The notes below the pieces were generated by a model. The model was not told where the DNA came from, searched no databases, and saw only the letters and a list, made by a program, of their open reading frames with translations. The position numbers and the translations under genes are program-made. DNA of 64,000 nucleotides from Thermodesulfobacteriota bacterium (GTDB lineage: Bacteria > Desulfobacterota > Binatia > Bin18), in assembly GCA_964291405.2 (NCBI GenBank), contig OZ219926.1, positions 3,328,001 through 3,392,000 of the forward strand, given 5' to 3'. Shown here piece by piece: positions 18,472-29,614 of the stretch (position 1 is the first letter of the stretch; every line of letters starts with the position of its first letter).

Positions 18472-18939
18472 TTATCCTGCCTGCAACGCTTCGAGCACTT
18501 TGGCCGGATGGTCGGCGGCTTTGGCGACCCGCCTCCAGTGTTTTTTCACCTTGCCGTTGGGGCCAATCCAGACCGTCGAGCGAATGACGCCCACCGTCTT
18601 TTTGCCGTACATCATCTTCTCGCCCCAGGCGCCGTATTTTGCCATGACCTTTTTGTCCGGGTCGCATAAGAGCGTGAACGGCAGTTGGTATTGCGTGGCA
18701 AACTTCTGGTGTGAGGCGGCGCTGTCCGGGGAAACACCGAGGACAACTGCATCCTGTTTTTGGATGTCCCTCCAGAGATCCCGAAATCCGCAGGCCTCTT
18801 TGGTACAACCGGGCGTATTATCCCTGGGATAGAAATAGACAATCACGTTGTGGCCCCGCAGGTCCTTGAGCGCGACCTTGTTTCCGGCTGCATCTTGTAA
18901 GGTAAACGCGGGCGCTGCTTTTCCTTCTTCAATCGGCAT
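18472..18939 (-). CDS. bcp: Peroxiredoxin BCP/PrxQ
   Basis: APAFTL, YFYPRDNTPGCTKEACGFRD, GVSPD, RST; ATG 18939 after GGAGGAG. Confidence 0.93.
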   Translation of the reverse strand: MPIEEGKAAPAFTLQDAAGNKVALKDLRGHNVIVYFYPRDNTPGCTKEACGFRDLWRDIQKQDAVVLGVSPDSAASHQKFATQYQLPFTLLCDPDKKVMAKYGAWGEKMMYGKKTVGVIRSTVWIGPNGKVKKHWRRVAKAADHPAKVLEALQAG

Positions 18940-19061
18940 AGGCTCCTCCGTACTGCGAACGCGGGTTTCGTGGATTTGACTCGCTCGGCGGTATTTCCTA
19001 AGGTAGCTCGGCTCTTTCGTATCCAAGAATATTATGCGACTCAAGGGAAGGAGAGGCAGAC

Positions 19062-20276
19062 ATGGATTTTGATTTTTCCCCAAAAGTACAGGACCTGAGA
19101 AAAAAGGTTTCTCAATTTATGGAGGACCACGTCCATCCGAACGAACAGACGTTTGAGGACCAACTGAACTCCGGTCCGGATCGCTGGCAGATTCCGCCGA
19201 TTATCGAAGAGCTGAAAGAAAAGGCTAAGGGGGCCGGACTGTGGAACCTGTTTCTGCCGGAGAGCGAGTATGGCTATGGCCTGACCAACCTCGAATACGC
19301 CCCCCTGTCGGAAATCATGGGGCGGGTACATTGGGGTTCGGAAGTCTTTAATTGCTCGGCGCCGGATACCGGCAATATGGAAGTGATCTCTCGCTATGGC
19401 ACACCCGAGCAGCAAAAGGAGTGGCTGGAGCCGCTGCTTGAAGGCAGAATTCGTTCCTGCTTTGCCATGACGGAACCAGCGGTGGCCTCGTCCGATGCCA
19501 CGAATATCGAATCCCGCATCGTGCGCGATGGGGATGAATACGTCATCAACGGCCGTAAGTGGTGGTCGTCGGGCATGGGCGACCCGCGCTGCAAGATTCT
19601 CATCTTCATGGGCAAGACCGATCCTAATAATCCGAACCGCTATCTCCAGCAGTCCCAAATCCTGATCCCGCGCGATACGCCCGGCGTGAAGATCCTGCGG
19701 ATGCTATCCGTGTTCGGCTACGACGATGCCCCCCACGGTCACGCCGAGGTCGAGTTCAAGGACGTGCGGGTGCCGGCCTCGAATATGATTCTGGGTGAGG
19801 GTCGGGGGTTTGAGATCGCCCAAGGCCGTCTTGGTCCTGGTCGTATTCACCACTGCATGCGTTTGATCGGCCAGGCCGAACGCGCGCTGGAGAAAATGTG
19901 CACCCGCGCCAAGTCGCGAACCGCGTTCGGCAAGCTGGTCTCCGAACGGACGGTGACGCTGGAGCGGATCGCCGAGGCCCGGATTCGGATTGAGCAGGCC
20001 CGGCTGCTGACGCTCAAGGCGGCGCATATGATGGACACGGTCGGCAACAAAGCCGCTCGTGCGGAAATTGCCATGATTAAAGTGGCGGCTCCGAATATGG
20101 CGCTGCAAGTGATTGACTGGGCCATGCAGGCCCACGGCGGGGGTGGGGTGGCCGAAGACTTTGGTCTGGCGCGCGCCTATGCCTCGGCGCGGACGCTACG
20201 CTTTGCCGACGGGCCGGACGAAGTCCACCGGAATCAGATTGGCCGCTTGGAGCTGCGCAAATACGATAAAGAGTAA
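19062..20276 (+). CDS. Acyl-CoA dehydrogenase (ACAD10/11-like)
   Basis: [58 protein letters not shown]. Confidence 0.95.
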   Translation: MDFDFSPKVQDLRKKVSQFMEDHVHPNEQTFEDQLNSGPDRWQIPPIIEELKEKAKGAGLWNLFLPESEYGYGLTNLEYAPLSEIMGRVHWGSEVFNCSAPDTGNMEVISRYGTPEQQKEWLEPLLEGRIRSCFAMTEPAVASSDATNIESRIVRDGDEYVINGRKWWSSGMGDPRCKILIFMGKTDPNNPNRYLQQSQILIPRDTPGVKILRMLSVFGYDDAPHGHAEVEFKDVRVPASNMILGEGRGFEIAQGRLGPGRIHHCMRLIGQAERALEKMCTRAKSRTAFGKLVSERTVTLERIAEARIRIEQARLLTLKAAHMMDTVGNKAARAEIAMIKVAAPNMALQVIDWAMQAHGGGGVAEDFGLARAYASARTLRFADGPDEVHRNQIGRLELRKYDKE

Positions 20277-20345
20277 ACGTGTCCAGCATTTCATATCTAT
20301 TGGAGGACACGTTTACTCTTTTAAGCCGAGAGAACTCAGGGAACC

Positions 20346-21398
20346 ATGAAGTTTGGCCTGCACTACCAGCTCCCGTGCACGGGCTCCCAATCGCCTGTGC
20401 AGCGCTATCGGGATACGCTCGATCAGGCGATTCACGCCGAAGCGTTGGGGTTTGAATCGGTCTGGCCGGTTGAGCAGCACTTTAACCCCGAGCTGTCGAT
20501 TCTTCCGTCGCCGTTGCTGCTCCTGTCGGCCCTGGCCGAGCGAACGCAGACCCTCCGACTGGGGATCGCCATCATTCTCCTGCCCCTTTCACATCCCATT
20601 CGCATCGCTGAAGAGATTGCGACCCTGGACGTGCTGAGTAATGGGCGGGTGGAGTTCGGTATTGGGCGCGGTTCTTTGCCCAATCATTTTAGCGGATTCG
20701 GAGTGGATCAGGCCGAAAGCCGGGAGCGGATGCTGGAGGCCCTGGACATGATTCGCCAGGCCTGGACCCGCGAGCGGTTTTCGTTCCAGGGACAATTCTT
20801 TCAGGTTGAGGATATCTCGGTGGTGCCACGGCCAGTCCAGCAGCCTCATCCTCCCATTCGGGTCGCGGCTAATAGTACAGAAACCTTCGAGCTGATGGGC
20901 CGGTTGGGTTATCCCATTTTTGTAGCCTCGCAGGTCAATCCGTTCGCCAAAATGCGGGAATATATTCCGCTCTATCGCGAGACCCGGACCACGGCCGGGC
21001 ACCCGGCCGATGAGGGGGAGGACGTGACCCTGCTCGGTCCGCTGTACGTCGGTCCGAGCCAGGCTCAGATTCGCCGAGAGTTGGAACCGAGCGTCCGTCG
21101 TTTTCTGGAGTCGGTTGCCACCATTGCCGCGTCCCAAGGTTCGGACTTGGGGAAACAGTCGCGTCGCGTGCAGGAAGTATTCGAGCGGGTACGGCGTATG
21201 ACCTATGAGAAGGTGAGCGAGGTGATGGCTATCTTTGAGACGCCGGACGCCTGTGTCGAGCGCCTCAAACAGCTTGAGGAGGAATTCCGCATGGGACGCT
21301 TCGTGTGCTGGTTCAATCCTGGCGGCATGGTCCCCCATACCCAGGTCATGCGCAGCATGGAGTTGTTTGCCGCCAAGGTGATGCCGCATTTTGCGTAA
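20346..21398 (+). CDS. LLM-class flavin-dependent oxidoreductase
   Basis: AEALGFESVWPVEQHF, HPIRIAEEIATLDVLSNGRVEFGIGRG, PVQQPHPP, MELFAAKVMP. Confidence 0.92.
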   Translation: MKFGLHYQLPCTGSQSPVQRYRDTLDQAIHAEALGFESVWPVEQHFNPELSILPSPLLLLSALAERTQTLRLGIAIILLPLSHPIRIAEEIATLDVLSNGRVEFGIGRGSLPNHFSGFGVDQAESRERMLEALDMIRQAWTRERFSFQGQFFQVEDISVVPRPVQQPHPPIRVAANSTETFELMGRLGYPIFVASQVNPFAKMREYIPLYRETRTTAGHPADEGEDVTLLGPLYVGPSQAQIRRELEPSVRRFLESVATIAASQGSDLGKQSRRVQEVFERVRRMTYEKVSEVMAIFETPDACVERLKQLEEEFRMGRFVCWFNPGGMVPHTQVMRSMELFAAKVMPHFA

Positions 21399-21432
21399 GG
21401 GATGGACGGCTTGAGCGAGAAGGAAAAGTGGC

Positions 21433-22158
21433 GTGGACTATAGACGTGAGTTTCTCGACCTCCTGCTTAAAAAAAACGCGCTCAAAATTGCCAGCGACTC
21501 TAGCGCCTTCTTTCAACTCAAAAGCGGGCGCGTCAGCCCGAGCTTTATCTCGCTCGGCTCGCTGACCGACGGCGAAAGCCTGATCACGCTCAAAAAATGC
21601 TATAGCCAAGCGGCCCTGGAAGGCGTAGAGCGGGGCGTTCTGCAGGACTTCGCCTATGTTTTCGGTCCGGCCTATAAAGGCATCACCCTGGGGGCTCTGT
21701 TGTGTGAGGGACTTCAGGAATACGCGAACAAGTCAACCTCTCTCCTCTACGACCGCAAAGAAGAGAAAGCCCACGGAGAGGTGAGCCAGGGCCGTTCGGC
21801 CGAGAAGACCATTGTCGGGGCTGAAAATTTCGTCCCGGCAAGCGGGATTCTGCTGGTTGACGATGTGGTCACCACCGGCAAGGCAAAATACGAAGCGCTC
21901 GAAAAGATGCGCCTGCTTGGTGAGCACCGGATCGCCGGGATGGTCGTTGCGGTTGATCGGCAGGAATTGCTGGGCGACGCTCAGCAGGTCGGTCGATACA
22001 GCGCCATTCAGGCGCTCGAACACAAACTCGGCATCCGCACCTTCGCCATTCTCACCATGCAGGAGATTTTCAGTCTGGTGAAAGACACCCTCTCAGCAGA
22101 AGTTCGACAGGCGTGGATTGACTACTATGAGCGCTATGGGGCCGTCCAACTCGGGTAG
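21433..22158 (+). CDS. pyrE: Orotate phosphoribosyltransferase
   Basis: FQLKSGRVSP, FGPAYKGI, DRKEEKAHGE, LVDDVVTTG (PRPP loop), VDRQE. Confidence 0.9.
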   Translation: MDYRREFLDLLLKKNALKIASDSSAFFQLKSGRVSPSFISLGSLTDGESLITLKKCYSQAALEGVERGVLQDFAYVFGPAYKGITLGALLCEGLQEYANKSTSLLYDRKEEKAHGEVSQGRSAEKTIVGAENFVPASGILLVDDVVTTGKAKYEALEKMRLLGEHRIAGMVVAVDRQELLGDAQQVGRYSAIQALEHKLGIRTFAILTMQEIFSLVKDTLSAEVRQAWIDYYERYGAVQLG

Positions 22159-22200
22159 CGGCTGCGAAGGGCTCTATTCGCTCGCGCTCTTCTCATTTAA

Positions 22201-23994
22201 TCACCCGCCCTGTGCCGCCCGTTGACGTTGGGTGGCTGCGTGGTCAACAGCCATGGTTTGGGGGTCGATGACTACGCCGTAGTCTTTTTCCGCCATCTCA
22301 AGCGTAATGAAATCGTCCAGCACATCGTCCAAAACAAGCTGCGGGTCGCGTTCAAACGGGTCGCCATACGCGCCGCTGTTGGCGGTTTTAATCTGGAGCA
22401 GTTCGTTTTCCTGCATGGGATAGCCGGTGACCTTGCTATACAAGCGCTCCTCTCCCTCAACACCGGGGTTCTTAATCATGGACGCCCGGCTGCCGTTGCC
22501 GCCGTTAAAGATGCCCTTGGGCGCGTCAAAATGGCGTTCCGCCTCCGAGGACAGGAAGCCGGGCACGAGAAAACGATTTTCGCGCACAATCCCGACTCCA
22601 CCGCGCCACTTGCCCGGAGCGATGGGCTCCTCGCGTAATTCGTAGCGTTCGTTGCGCATGGGAAAACGCAGGTCCAGCTCTTCGACGGGATTGTTCCGGG
22701 TGTTTTCAATCAGACAGGCAATCGAGTCGAGCCCGTCTTTGCCGTGACGGCCACCCCAGTTGCCCTCGTTGACCTCCAGATACACCCAGTACTGGCCCTT
22801 TTCTTCCAGAAAGCCGCTATAGCTCAGGAAATGCACATGGGCCGCATTCCCGGCGCACACCTTGTCCGGGACGGCCTGGGCGAGGGCGAGGTTCACGCCG
22901 TCGGCCAGATATTGGACCTGATTGAAGCGGCTGAAGCAGGCGCGGGGAAAACGCGGATTGAAAATCGTTCCTTCCGGCGCAACGACCCGAATGGGCCGAA
23001 AAATTCCCTCGTTCTGTGGCACCGGGTCGGGGTAGGTGGCTTCATCGAGCAGGATGCTGCGCACGATCACGTAGGAGGCGACCAGGGTGCTGCCTTCAAA
23101 CGGCACGTTATAGCCAGTTGGCACCTCAGGGCTTGAGCCGGTCAGGTCGATGGTCAGCTCGCTGCCTTCTACCTTGACTTTGACACACACGGCCAGCGGT
23201 TGTTCTCGGTTGCGACCGTCGTCGTCCAGGTATTGGGTGGGCGCGACATATTCTCCGTCGGGGATTTTTTCGATTTCCTTGCGCAACATCCGCTCGGAGT
23301 AGTCCATTAAATCGTGGGCCGTATCGAGCACGGTAGTCACCCCGTATTTTTCGACCAGATGCAGAAAACGCTCCCGCCCCAGTTGACAGGCGGCGATCAT
23401 GGACTCGATATCGCCGGCGTTCATCTCCGGCGTCCGGACGTTATCCAGAAAGAACTGCCACAGGTCGTCGTTACGGACCCCCTTGTTGTACAGCTTAATG
23501 CCGTTAAACAGGCGGGACTCGGCCCAGACATCGACCACATCAACGTTGAGGCCCGGTGCGGCGCCGCCCATATCGAGCAGGTGGGCGGTGACCGCGGCAA
23601 AACCGATCAACTCGCCCTGCCAGAATACGGGCACGGCAATACCCAGGTCCGGGGTATGGCTGGCGCCCTGAAAGGGATGGTTATGCAGAATCACGTCCCC
23701 CTCGTGAATATTGCCCTGGAGTCGCTTCAGGAAACCCCGGATATAGGCCGGCAGGGAACCCACGTGCATGGGTGAGGTATCGCTCTCGCAGATCTCGTTG
23801 CCCTGGGCGTCGTACAGGCCGGCGCCCAGGTCTTCAGACTCACGGATAATGCTGGAATAGGACATACGGTAGAGGACGTGCGCCATTTCTTTGGCCGCCG
23901 CGGTAAACGCGCCACCCAGGACGCGCAGGGTAATCGGGTCGACCGACCGAGGTGTACCGTTTGGAGTGCCGTGTCCGTTTGGTGAGGTCATCAC
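22201..23994 (-). CDS. Hydantoinase B/oxoprolinase family subunit
   Basis: DPITL, SYSSIIRESED, GDVILHNHPF..ASHTPD, AHLLDMGG, NNPVEELD, GKWRGG, GAYGDPFERD. Confidence 0.92.
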   Translation of the reverse strand: MMTSPNGHGTPNGTPRSVDPITLRVLGGAFTAAAKEMAHVLYRMSYSSIIRESEDLGAGLYDAQGNEICESDTSPMHVGSLPAYIRGFLKRLQGNIHEGDVILHNHPFQGASHTPDLGIAVPVFWQGELIGFAAVTAHLLDMGGAAPGLNVDVVDVWAESRLFNGIKLYNKGVRNDDLWQFFLDNVRTPEMNAGDIESMIAACQLGRERFLHLVEKYGVTTVLDTAHDLMDYSERMLRKEIEKIPDGEYVAPTQYLDDDGRNREQPLAVCVKVKVEGSELTIDLTGSSPEVPTGYNVPFEGSTLVASYVIVRSILLDEATYPDPVPQNEGIFRPIRVVAPEGTIFNPRFPRACFSRFNQVQYLADGVNLALAQAVPDKVCAGNAAHVHFLSYSGFLEEKGQYWVYLEVNEGNWGGRHGKDGLDSIACLIENTRNNPVEELDLRFPMRNERYELREEPIAPGKWRGGVGIVRENRFLVPGFLSSEAERHFDAPKGIFNGGNGSRASMIKNPGVEGEERLYSKVTGYPMQENELLQIKTANSGAYGDPFERDPQLVLDDVLDDFITLEMAEKDYGVVIDPQTMAVDHAATQRQRAAQGG

Positions 23995-24014
23995 GTTCCC
24001 TCCTCTGCGTGTCC

Positions 24015-26090
24015 CTATTCACACGCGATAATCAAAATGCCGTGCCGATCAACCTCCGCGGATAAGCCTGGGTTGACCACCACCGTGCTATCGAGTTGCT
24101 CAATAATGGCCGGGCCGGTGATGATATTCCCGGCTTGTAAGCGCTCTCGATCGTAGAAGTCGGTCGCGAGTTTTTCCGGTGTCCCGTCCCTATTGAATAT
24201 CACATCGAGCGTCGCGATTCGGGCCGCGTCCGGGGACCTGTCCCCGGTCGGAATCTCTTTCAGCCGCAGTTCGGGAATCAGACCCACCCCCTGGACACGA
24301 ATATTGACCAACTGGATATCGCTGTCCGGAAAGCGTCGGACATACTCACGCTCGTGCGCCTGGTGGAACGCCTCTGTCGCCTGTTGCTGCCAATCGGCCG
24401 TGATCTCGCCGGCGGGTAACTCAACCCGCAGCTCATAGCCCTGGCCGATATAGCGGCAATCGGCAATACGGCGGATTAATGACTGGTCGGCCCCGAGATT
24501 GTCGGCCTGGAGCCGTTCGCTGGCCTGGCGTTCCAGGGCGGCAAAGTCCGCGGCCAGCTTGTCGCGATCAAGAGCCGAGAAAAGCTGCATCTCGGTCGTG
24601 ACAAACTCGTACACGATATCCGTTGCCAGCAGCCCGAGCGCCGACGTAATGCCGGGATAGCGGGGAACCAGGACGGTGGGGATGCGCAGCTCTCGGGCGA
24701 TATCACAGGCAAACACGGGTCCGGCTCCGCCGGCGGCAACCAGGACAAAGTCACGTGGATCATAGCCCTTCTGGACACTGCTGATTTCAATACCCTCAAC
24801 CATACTCTGGGTGAGAATCCGAACCGCGCCCAGGGCGGCTTCCTCCACACCCAGGCCCAAGGGCTGGCACAGCTCTCGTTGGACGGCCTCTGCGGCGAGG
24901 CCGGGTTGAATCTGGACTTGGCCGCCGAGAACATTCTCGGCTCGCAGCCTGCCGAGCACCACCAGCGCATCGGTCGCTGTCGGAAGGCTCCCGCCCCTGC
25001 CATAACACGCCGGACCGGGGTCTGCCCCCGCACTTTTGGGACCAACCCGGAACATGCCGCCCGCGTCAAGATAGGCCAGACTCCCCCCGCCCGCGCCAAT
25101 CGCGTCAATCTCGACCATGGGAATCATGGCGTGATAACCGGCCACTTTGGTGTCGAGGAGATGCTTCATCCGCATCTGCCCGTCCGGCGCAACGCCAATG
25201 TCCGCGGAGGTGCCGCCGACATCAAGGGTAATCACGCTGGGCGAGCCCGTGCTCTTGCCGGTCCAAATCCCGCCGATCAGGCCCGCCACCGGTCCGGACA
25301 TGAGCAGGTTGACCGGGCGTTGAGCCGCGCCTTCGGTGGTCGCGACCCCGCCGACCGAGGTCATCAGGTGGAGCCCGCCACGTATGCCTTTGTCCGTGAT
25401 CGTCCGGTCGAGGCGGCGGACGTACTGACTGACCTGAGGACCGACATAGGCATTCAGACAGACCGTGCTGAAGCCTTCGTACTCACGGTATTGGGGCAGG
25501 ACCTCGTGCCGGACGGATAAATAACACTCCGGGTATTCTTCAAGAATGATCTCCTTGGTGCGTTGCTCGTGCTCTGGGTTGAGAAAGGAGAACAGAAAGC
25601 ACACGGCAATGGCTTCCACGCCCTCACGCTTGAGTCGCCGGACGGCCTCCCGCACCTCGTCTTCGTCAAGTGGGGTCAACACCTCGCCCTGAGGGGCAAT
25701 GATGCGCTCGCTGATCGGGCGTCGATAGCGCCGGCGGACCAAGGGATGTTTTTGCCACGGCACATCCTGGTAGAGGCTGAACGATAAGGGTCGCTTGTGG
25801 CGGGCGATATGCAGAATGTCGCGATACCCCCTGGTCGTCAGCATACCGACCTGCGCTCCGGCGTGCTCCAGCACTATATTGGTGGCAATAGTCGTCCCGT
25901 GAAAGAAGTGGTCAATCTGAGCGACCGGAATGCCGACGTGCGCGCACAGCGCCTCCACCCCGTCGAGCGTGGCCTGAGAGGGGTCAGCCGGTGTACTGGG
26001 CAGCTTATAGACCACCACCTCACCCTTGTCCTCATCGACATAGATCAGATCGGTAAACGTTCCACCGACATCGACCCCGACACGTTTCAT
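24015..26090 (-). CDS. Hydantoinase A/oxoprolinase family ATP-binding subunit
   Basis: VGVDVGGTFTD, HGTTIATN, LMSGPVAG, DVGGTSAD, IGAGGGS, SAGADPGPACY; start ATG 26090. Confidence 0.93.
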   Translation of the reverse strand: MKRVGVDVGGTFTDLIYVDEDKGEVVVYKLPSTPADPSQATLDGVEALCAHVGIPVAQIDHFFHGTTIATNIVLEHAGAQVGMLTTRGYRDILHIARHKRPLSFSLYQDVPWQKHPLVRRRYRRPISERIIAPQGEVLTPLDEDEVREAVRRLKREGVEAIAVCFLFSFLNPEHEQRTKEIILEEYPECYLSVRHEVLPQYREYEGFSTVCLNAYVGPQVSQYVRRLDRTITDKGIRGGLHLMTSVGGVATTEGAAQRPVNLLMSGPVAGLIGGIWTGKSTGSPSVITLDVGGTSADIGVAPDGQMRMKHLLDTKVAGYHAMIPMVEIDAIGAGGGSLAYLDAGGMFRVGPKSAGADPGPACYGRGGSLPTATDALVVLGRLRAENVLGGQVQIQPGLAAEAVQRELCQPLGLGVEEAALGAVRILTQSMVEGIEISSVQKGYDPRDFVLVAAGGAGPVFACDIARELRIPTVLVPRYPGITSALGLLATDIVYEFVTTEMQLFSALDRDKLAADFAALERQASERLQADNLGADQSLIRRIADCRYIGQGYELRVELPAGEITADWQQQATEAFHQAHEREYVRRFPDSDIQLVNIRVQGVGLIPELRLKEIPTGDRSPDAARIATLDVIFNRDGTPEKLATDFYDRERLQAGNIITGPAIIEQLDSTVVVNPGLSAEVDRHGILIIACE

Positions 26091-26201
26091 GGCTATGCTG
26101 TTTCCTCGAAGTATGGATTGCAGCCCTTGTACGGCATTCCGGCCTGACTGGTCAAATGCTTGGTCGCACTCACAGGCACGGGGTTGCGGAAACGAGGCAG
26201 T

Positions 26202-27545
26202 ATGCTGAGCACCGTCGAACACCTCAACAATCTCGTCAACGCGGTGGTCTGGGGCCCGCCCCTGATGATCCTCCTGATCGGAACCGGGGTGTATCTCAGC
26301 TTTCGTCTGGGATGGATCCAACTGACGCACTTCCTCTTGATCTGGCGTTCAACCCTGGGTCGCCTCCTCTCCGGGCGAACGGAAGCCGATGCCGGCGAGC
26401 TGAGTGCGTTTCAGGCCGTCAGTTCGGCCATGGCGGCAACGGTCGGAGTCGGGAATATCGTTGGGGTCAGTACGGCCATGTATTGGGGCGGGCCGGGGGC
26501 CTTGTTCTGGATGTGGATAACGGCCGGGGTGGGTATGGCGACCAAGTTCAGCGAGGTCGTGCTGGGCATGAAATACCGTCAGGTCAAGGCGGACAGTGGC
26601 GAGGTTGTCGGCGGTCCGATGTATTATATTGCCGACGGCCTGGGCCGGAAGTGGCTGGCCGGCGTGTATGCCTTTCTGACCGGTGCGGCCGCGCTGGGTA
26701 TCGGCAATATGGTCCAGGCGAATACGGTGGCGGCGAGTCTGTATGAAACCTTCAGCCTGCCCCGACCGATCGCCGGGGGATGCGTGGTTGCTCTGGTGGC
26801 GGTGGTCATCCTGGGCGGGGTACGGCGCATTGGCCGGACCACCTCATATCTGGTGCCCTTTATGGCCGTGCTCTATCTGGCCGGCGGTGTGGTGATTCTC
26901 CTGCGCTACGCCTCGGCCCTGCCGGACGCGTTCGCGACGATCATTACCTCCGCCTTCACGCCCGCCGCCCCGGTTGGAGCCTGGGGAGGAGCGACCGTGA
27001 TGCTGGCCATGCGCTACGGGCTGGCGCGCGGCATCTTTTCCAATGAGGCTGGACTGGGCTCGGCCTCCATTGTGCACGCCCAAGCCAAGAACACGCCGGT
27101 CGGACAGGGCTTTTGGGGTATGTGGGAGGTGTGCGTAGATACCCTGATTGTCGCCAGCGTCACCGGGCTGGTGATTATGGTGACGGGTGTCCTCGGCCAG
27201 GCGGACACCTCTCCGGGGCTCTTGGCCGCGGCAGCCTTTGCCCAGGGTCTGCCCGGTCTGGGAGACTATCTGGTCTTTATCTGTTTGATCCTGTTTGCCT
27301 ATAGCACCATGCTGACGTGGAGTTTTTATGGCGGGCAGGCCTGGGAGTACCTGTTCGGCAAGGTAGCGGTGATCCCGTATCGGATCTTGTTTCTGGCCTT
27401 TCTCTATATCGGCGCAACCGGTGGTTTACGGCTGGTCTGGGACGTCTCTGACACGCTGAACGGCATGATGGCTATCCCGAACCTGATTGCCCTCCTCGTC
27501 CTGGCCAAGGTGGTCGAGCGGGAGAAGCAGACCACCCTCACGTAA
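26202..27545 (+). CDS. Na+:alanine/glycine symporter (AGCS family)
   Basis: AATVGVGNIVGV, GGPGALFWMW, GGPMYYI, RGIFSNEAGLGS, MAIPNL. Confidence 0.93.
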   Translation: MLSTVEHLNNLVNAVVWGPPLMILLIGTGVYLSFRLGWIQLTHFLLIWRSTLGRLLSGRTEADAGELSAFQAVSSAMAATVGVGNIVGVSTAMYWGGPGALFWMWITAGVGMATKFSEVVLGMKYRQVKADSGEVVGGPMYYIADGLGRKWLAGVYAFLTGAAALGIGNMVQANTVAASLYETFSLPRPIAGGCVVALVAVVILGGVRRIGRTTSYLVPFMAVLYLAGGVVILLRYASALPDAFATIITSAFTPAAPVGAWGGATVMLAMRYGLARGIFSNEAGLGSASIVHAQAKNTPVGQGFWGMWEVCVDTLIVASVTGLVIMVTGVLGQADTSPGLLAAAAFAQGLPGLGDYLVFICLILFAYSTMLTWSFYGGQAWEYLFGKVAVIPYRILFLAFLYIGATGGLRLVWDVSDTLNGMMAIPNLIALLVLAKVVEREKQTTLT

Positions 27546-27569
27546 TGGTGCGGCACTCGCTCAACCGGG

Positions 27570-28223
27570 CTAAATCTCGAAGCGCGCCTGCATCCGTTCC
27601 CACCAGCGGGCCAGGGACGGAGCCGCGTCAAACAGCGGCTCATCGCTCACCCGCATCGCGAAGGTGAACGAGCCGAACAGGCATACGTCGGCATAGGTAA
27701 ACACCTCAAACAGATACTCATGGCCCAAGGCGACGGCCTCCAGGTCGGCCAGGACGGATTTGAGACGGGGGCGAAAGTCGTCGCGTCTGGTGGCGAGGTC
27801 TTCCAGTGTTGCGCCGAACCGGGCTTCCCGGTTTTCCCGAAAATAGGTGCGGTCCACCGGCTCGATCTTTTCAAAGATGTCGTACACCACGACCGGAACG
27901 AGCGCCGGATGGAGCGTATTGTCGATATACAGATTAAAAAACCGACAGGCCTCTTTCATCCCCGGACCGGGGAAGAGCTTGGCCTCCGGATAGTGGTCTT
28001 CCAAATACTCGGCAATCTTCCACGAATCGGAGACAACCGTGCCGTTGTCCCTAATGACCGGCACCCGGTCCTGCTTGGAAAAAGCCAGTTTGTCTTTATC
28101 GCAGAAGCGAATCGGGAGCGTGGTATAGTCCAGGCCCTTATAGCGTAAGGCCACCTTGGTCCGCGAACAGAACGGACTAAAGCGCAAACTATCCGCGCCG
28201 GCCAGGTCGTAGACTTCGATCAT
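27570..28223 (-). CDS. Glutathione S-transferase, LigE/beta-etherase-like N-terminus
   Basis: VYDLAG...FSPFCSRTKVALRYKGL, VPVI.D, SDSWKIAEYL, YFRENREARFG. Confidence 0.82.
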   Translation of the reverse strand: MIEVYDLAGADSLRFSPFCSRTKVALRYKGLDYTTLPIRFCDKDKLAFSKQDRVPVIRDNGTVVSDSWKIAEYLEDHYPEAKLFPGPGMKEACRFFNLYIDNTLHPALVPVVVYDIFEKIEPVDRTYFRENREARFGATLEDLATRRDDFRPRLKSVLADLEAVALGHEYLFEVFTYADVCLFGSFTFAMRVSDEPLFDAAPSLARWWERMQARFEI

Positions 28224-28367
28224 GGGATTCTCCTCTCTGAGCGGGTCTTTCGTCATTTCCAATAAAGCGGACAGAAGTCAAGGCACCGGCCCGGTTGGCG
28301 GAAGGGCCTGCCTGGGATAGGCTGGCGTGAACGTCGGACGAGACCAGGAACAAAGGAGGCTATATTC

Positions 28368-29543
28368 ATGCGAGAAGCCGTTATTGTATCATCCGCCCGG
28401 ACCGGCATTGGCAAAGCCTTTCGGGGCAGCCTGAATAAAACCAGCGGTGCGACCCTGGGCGCGCATGTCATTAAAAACGCGGTCGAACGGGCCGGGGTGG
28501 AGCCGGCAGAGGTTGAAGACGTGGTGTTCGGCTGTGGACTGCCGGAAGGTTCAACCGGGCATAATGTGGCGCGAACCTCAGCCGTGAAAGCCGGTCTGCC
28601 CGTCACCACCTCCGGCATGACTATCAACCGCTACTGCTCCTCCGGTCTGCAGGCGATCAGCACCGCGGCCAACCGGATTATCGTCGATGGGGCCGACGTC
28701 ATGGTGGCTGGCGGAGTCGAGTCGATCAGCCTGGTCCAAAACAATCTGAACACCAAGAATTTTGTTGACGGCTGGCTCATGGACAACAAGCCCGAGATCT
28801 ATTTCCCCATGTTGAAGACGGCCGAGATTGTCGCCCAGCGCTATCAGGTCTCGCGCGAGTCGCAAGATGAGTACGCCCTGGCCAGCCAGCAGCGGACCGC
28901 AGCCGGCCAGGCGGACGGCAAATTCGACGACGAGATCGTGCCCATCACCACAGTCATGGATGTGACCAACAAGGAAACGGGCGAGGTCACACAAAAAGAG
29001 GTCACGCTCTCTCGGGATGAGGGCAACCGGCCCACGACCAATATGGAGGGCCTCACCGCGCTCCCGTCGGTGACTGACGGTTCGATTACCGCCGGCAATT
29101 CCAGCCAGTTGTCCGACGGGGCCGCTGCGGTGGTGTTGATGGAAGCCAAAGAGGCCGAGAAGCGCGGCCTGCAACCCCTGGGTCTCTACAAAGGGCTGAT
29201 CGCCACCGGCTGTGAGCCGGATGAAATGGGGATCGGTCCGGTCTTCGCCATTCCGAAGCTGCTTGAGCGCCACGGCCTGACGATGGACGATATTGATCTA
29301 TGGGAACTCAACGAAGCCTTTGCCGTACAAACGGTCTATTGCCGCGACCGACTCGGCATTTCCATGGAGAACTACAATGTGAACGGCGGCTCCATCTCGA
29401 TCGGTCATCCGTACGGCATGACCGGCGCCCGTCAGGTCGGGCACATCTTGCGTGAGGGCAAACGGCGGGGTGCCAAGAACGTGGTGGTGACCATGTGTGT
29501 CGGTGGCGGGATGGGCGTGGCCGGACTGTTTGAGGTGTTGTAG
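28368..29543 (+). CDS. Acetyl-CoA C-acyltransferase (thiolase)
   Basis: [30 protein letters not shown]. Confidence 0.95.
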   Translation: MREAVIVSSARTGIGKAFRGSLNKTSGATLGAHVIKNAVERAGVEPAEVEDVVFGCGLPEGSTGHNVARTSAVKAGLPVTTSGMTINRYCSSGLQAISTAANRIIVDGADVMVAGGVESISLVQNNLNTKNFVDGWLMDNKPEIYFPMLKTAEIVAQRYQVSRESQDEYALASQQRTAAGQADGKFDDEIVPITTVMDVTNKETGEVTQKEVTLSRDEGNRPTTNMEGLTALPSVTDGSITAGNSSQLSDGAAAVVLMEAKEAEKRGLQPLGLYKGLIATGCEPDEMGIGPVFAIPKLLERHGLTMDDIDLWELNEAFAVQTVYCRDRLGISMENYNVNGGSISIGHPYGMTGARQVGHILREGKRRGAKNVVVTMCVGGGMGVAGLFEVL

Positions 29544-29600
29544 CGCGTCGGGTCTCCGAAGACCCGATCAAAAAAGAGGGGCAGGCAGGCCTGCCCCTAC
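29540..29600. repeat. Pair of hairpins bounded by GTAG...CTAC (REP doublet-like) between convergent genes
   Basis: gtag..TCGGGTCT-ccga-AGACCCGA-tcaaaaaaga-GGGGCAGG-cagg-CCTGCCCC-tac. Confidence 0.55.
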
Positions 29601-29614
29601 GAAACATGCAGGGT

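Noticed and set aside
24015-26330. ORF-track N-terminal extensions (hydantoinase A, bcp, CMD, GNAT, ABM, epimerase)
   Set aside because: They overlap neighbouring genes; downstream starts match family N-termini, mostly with an RBS.
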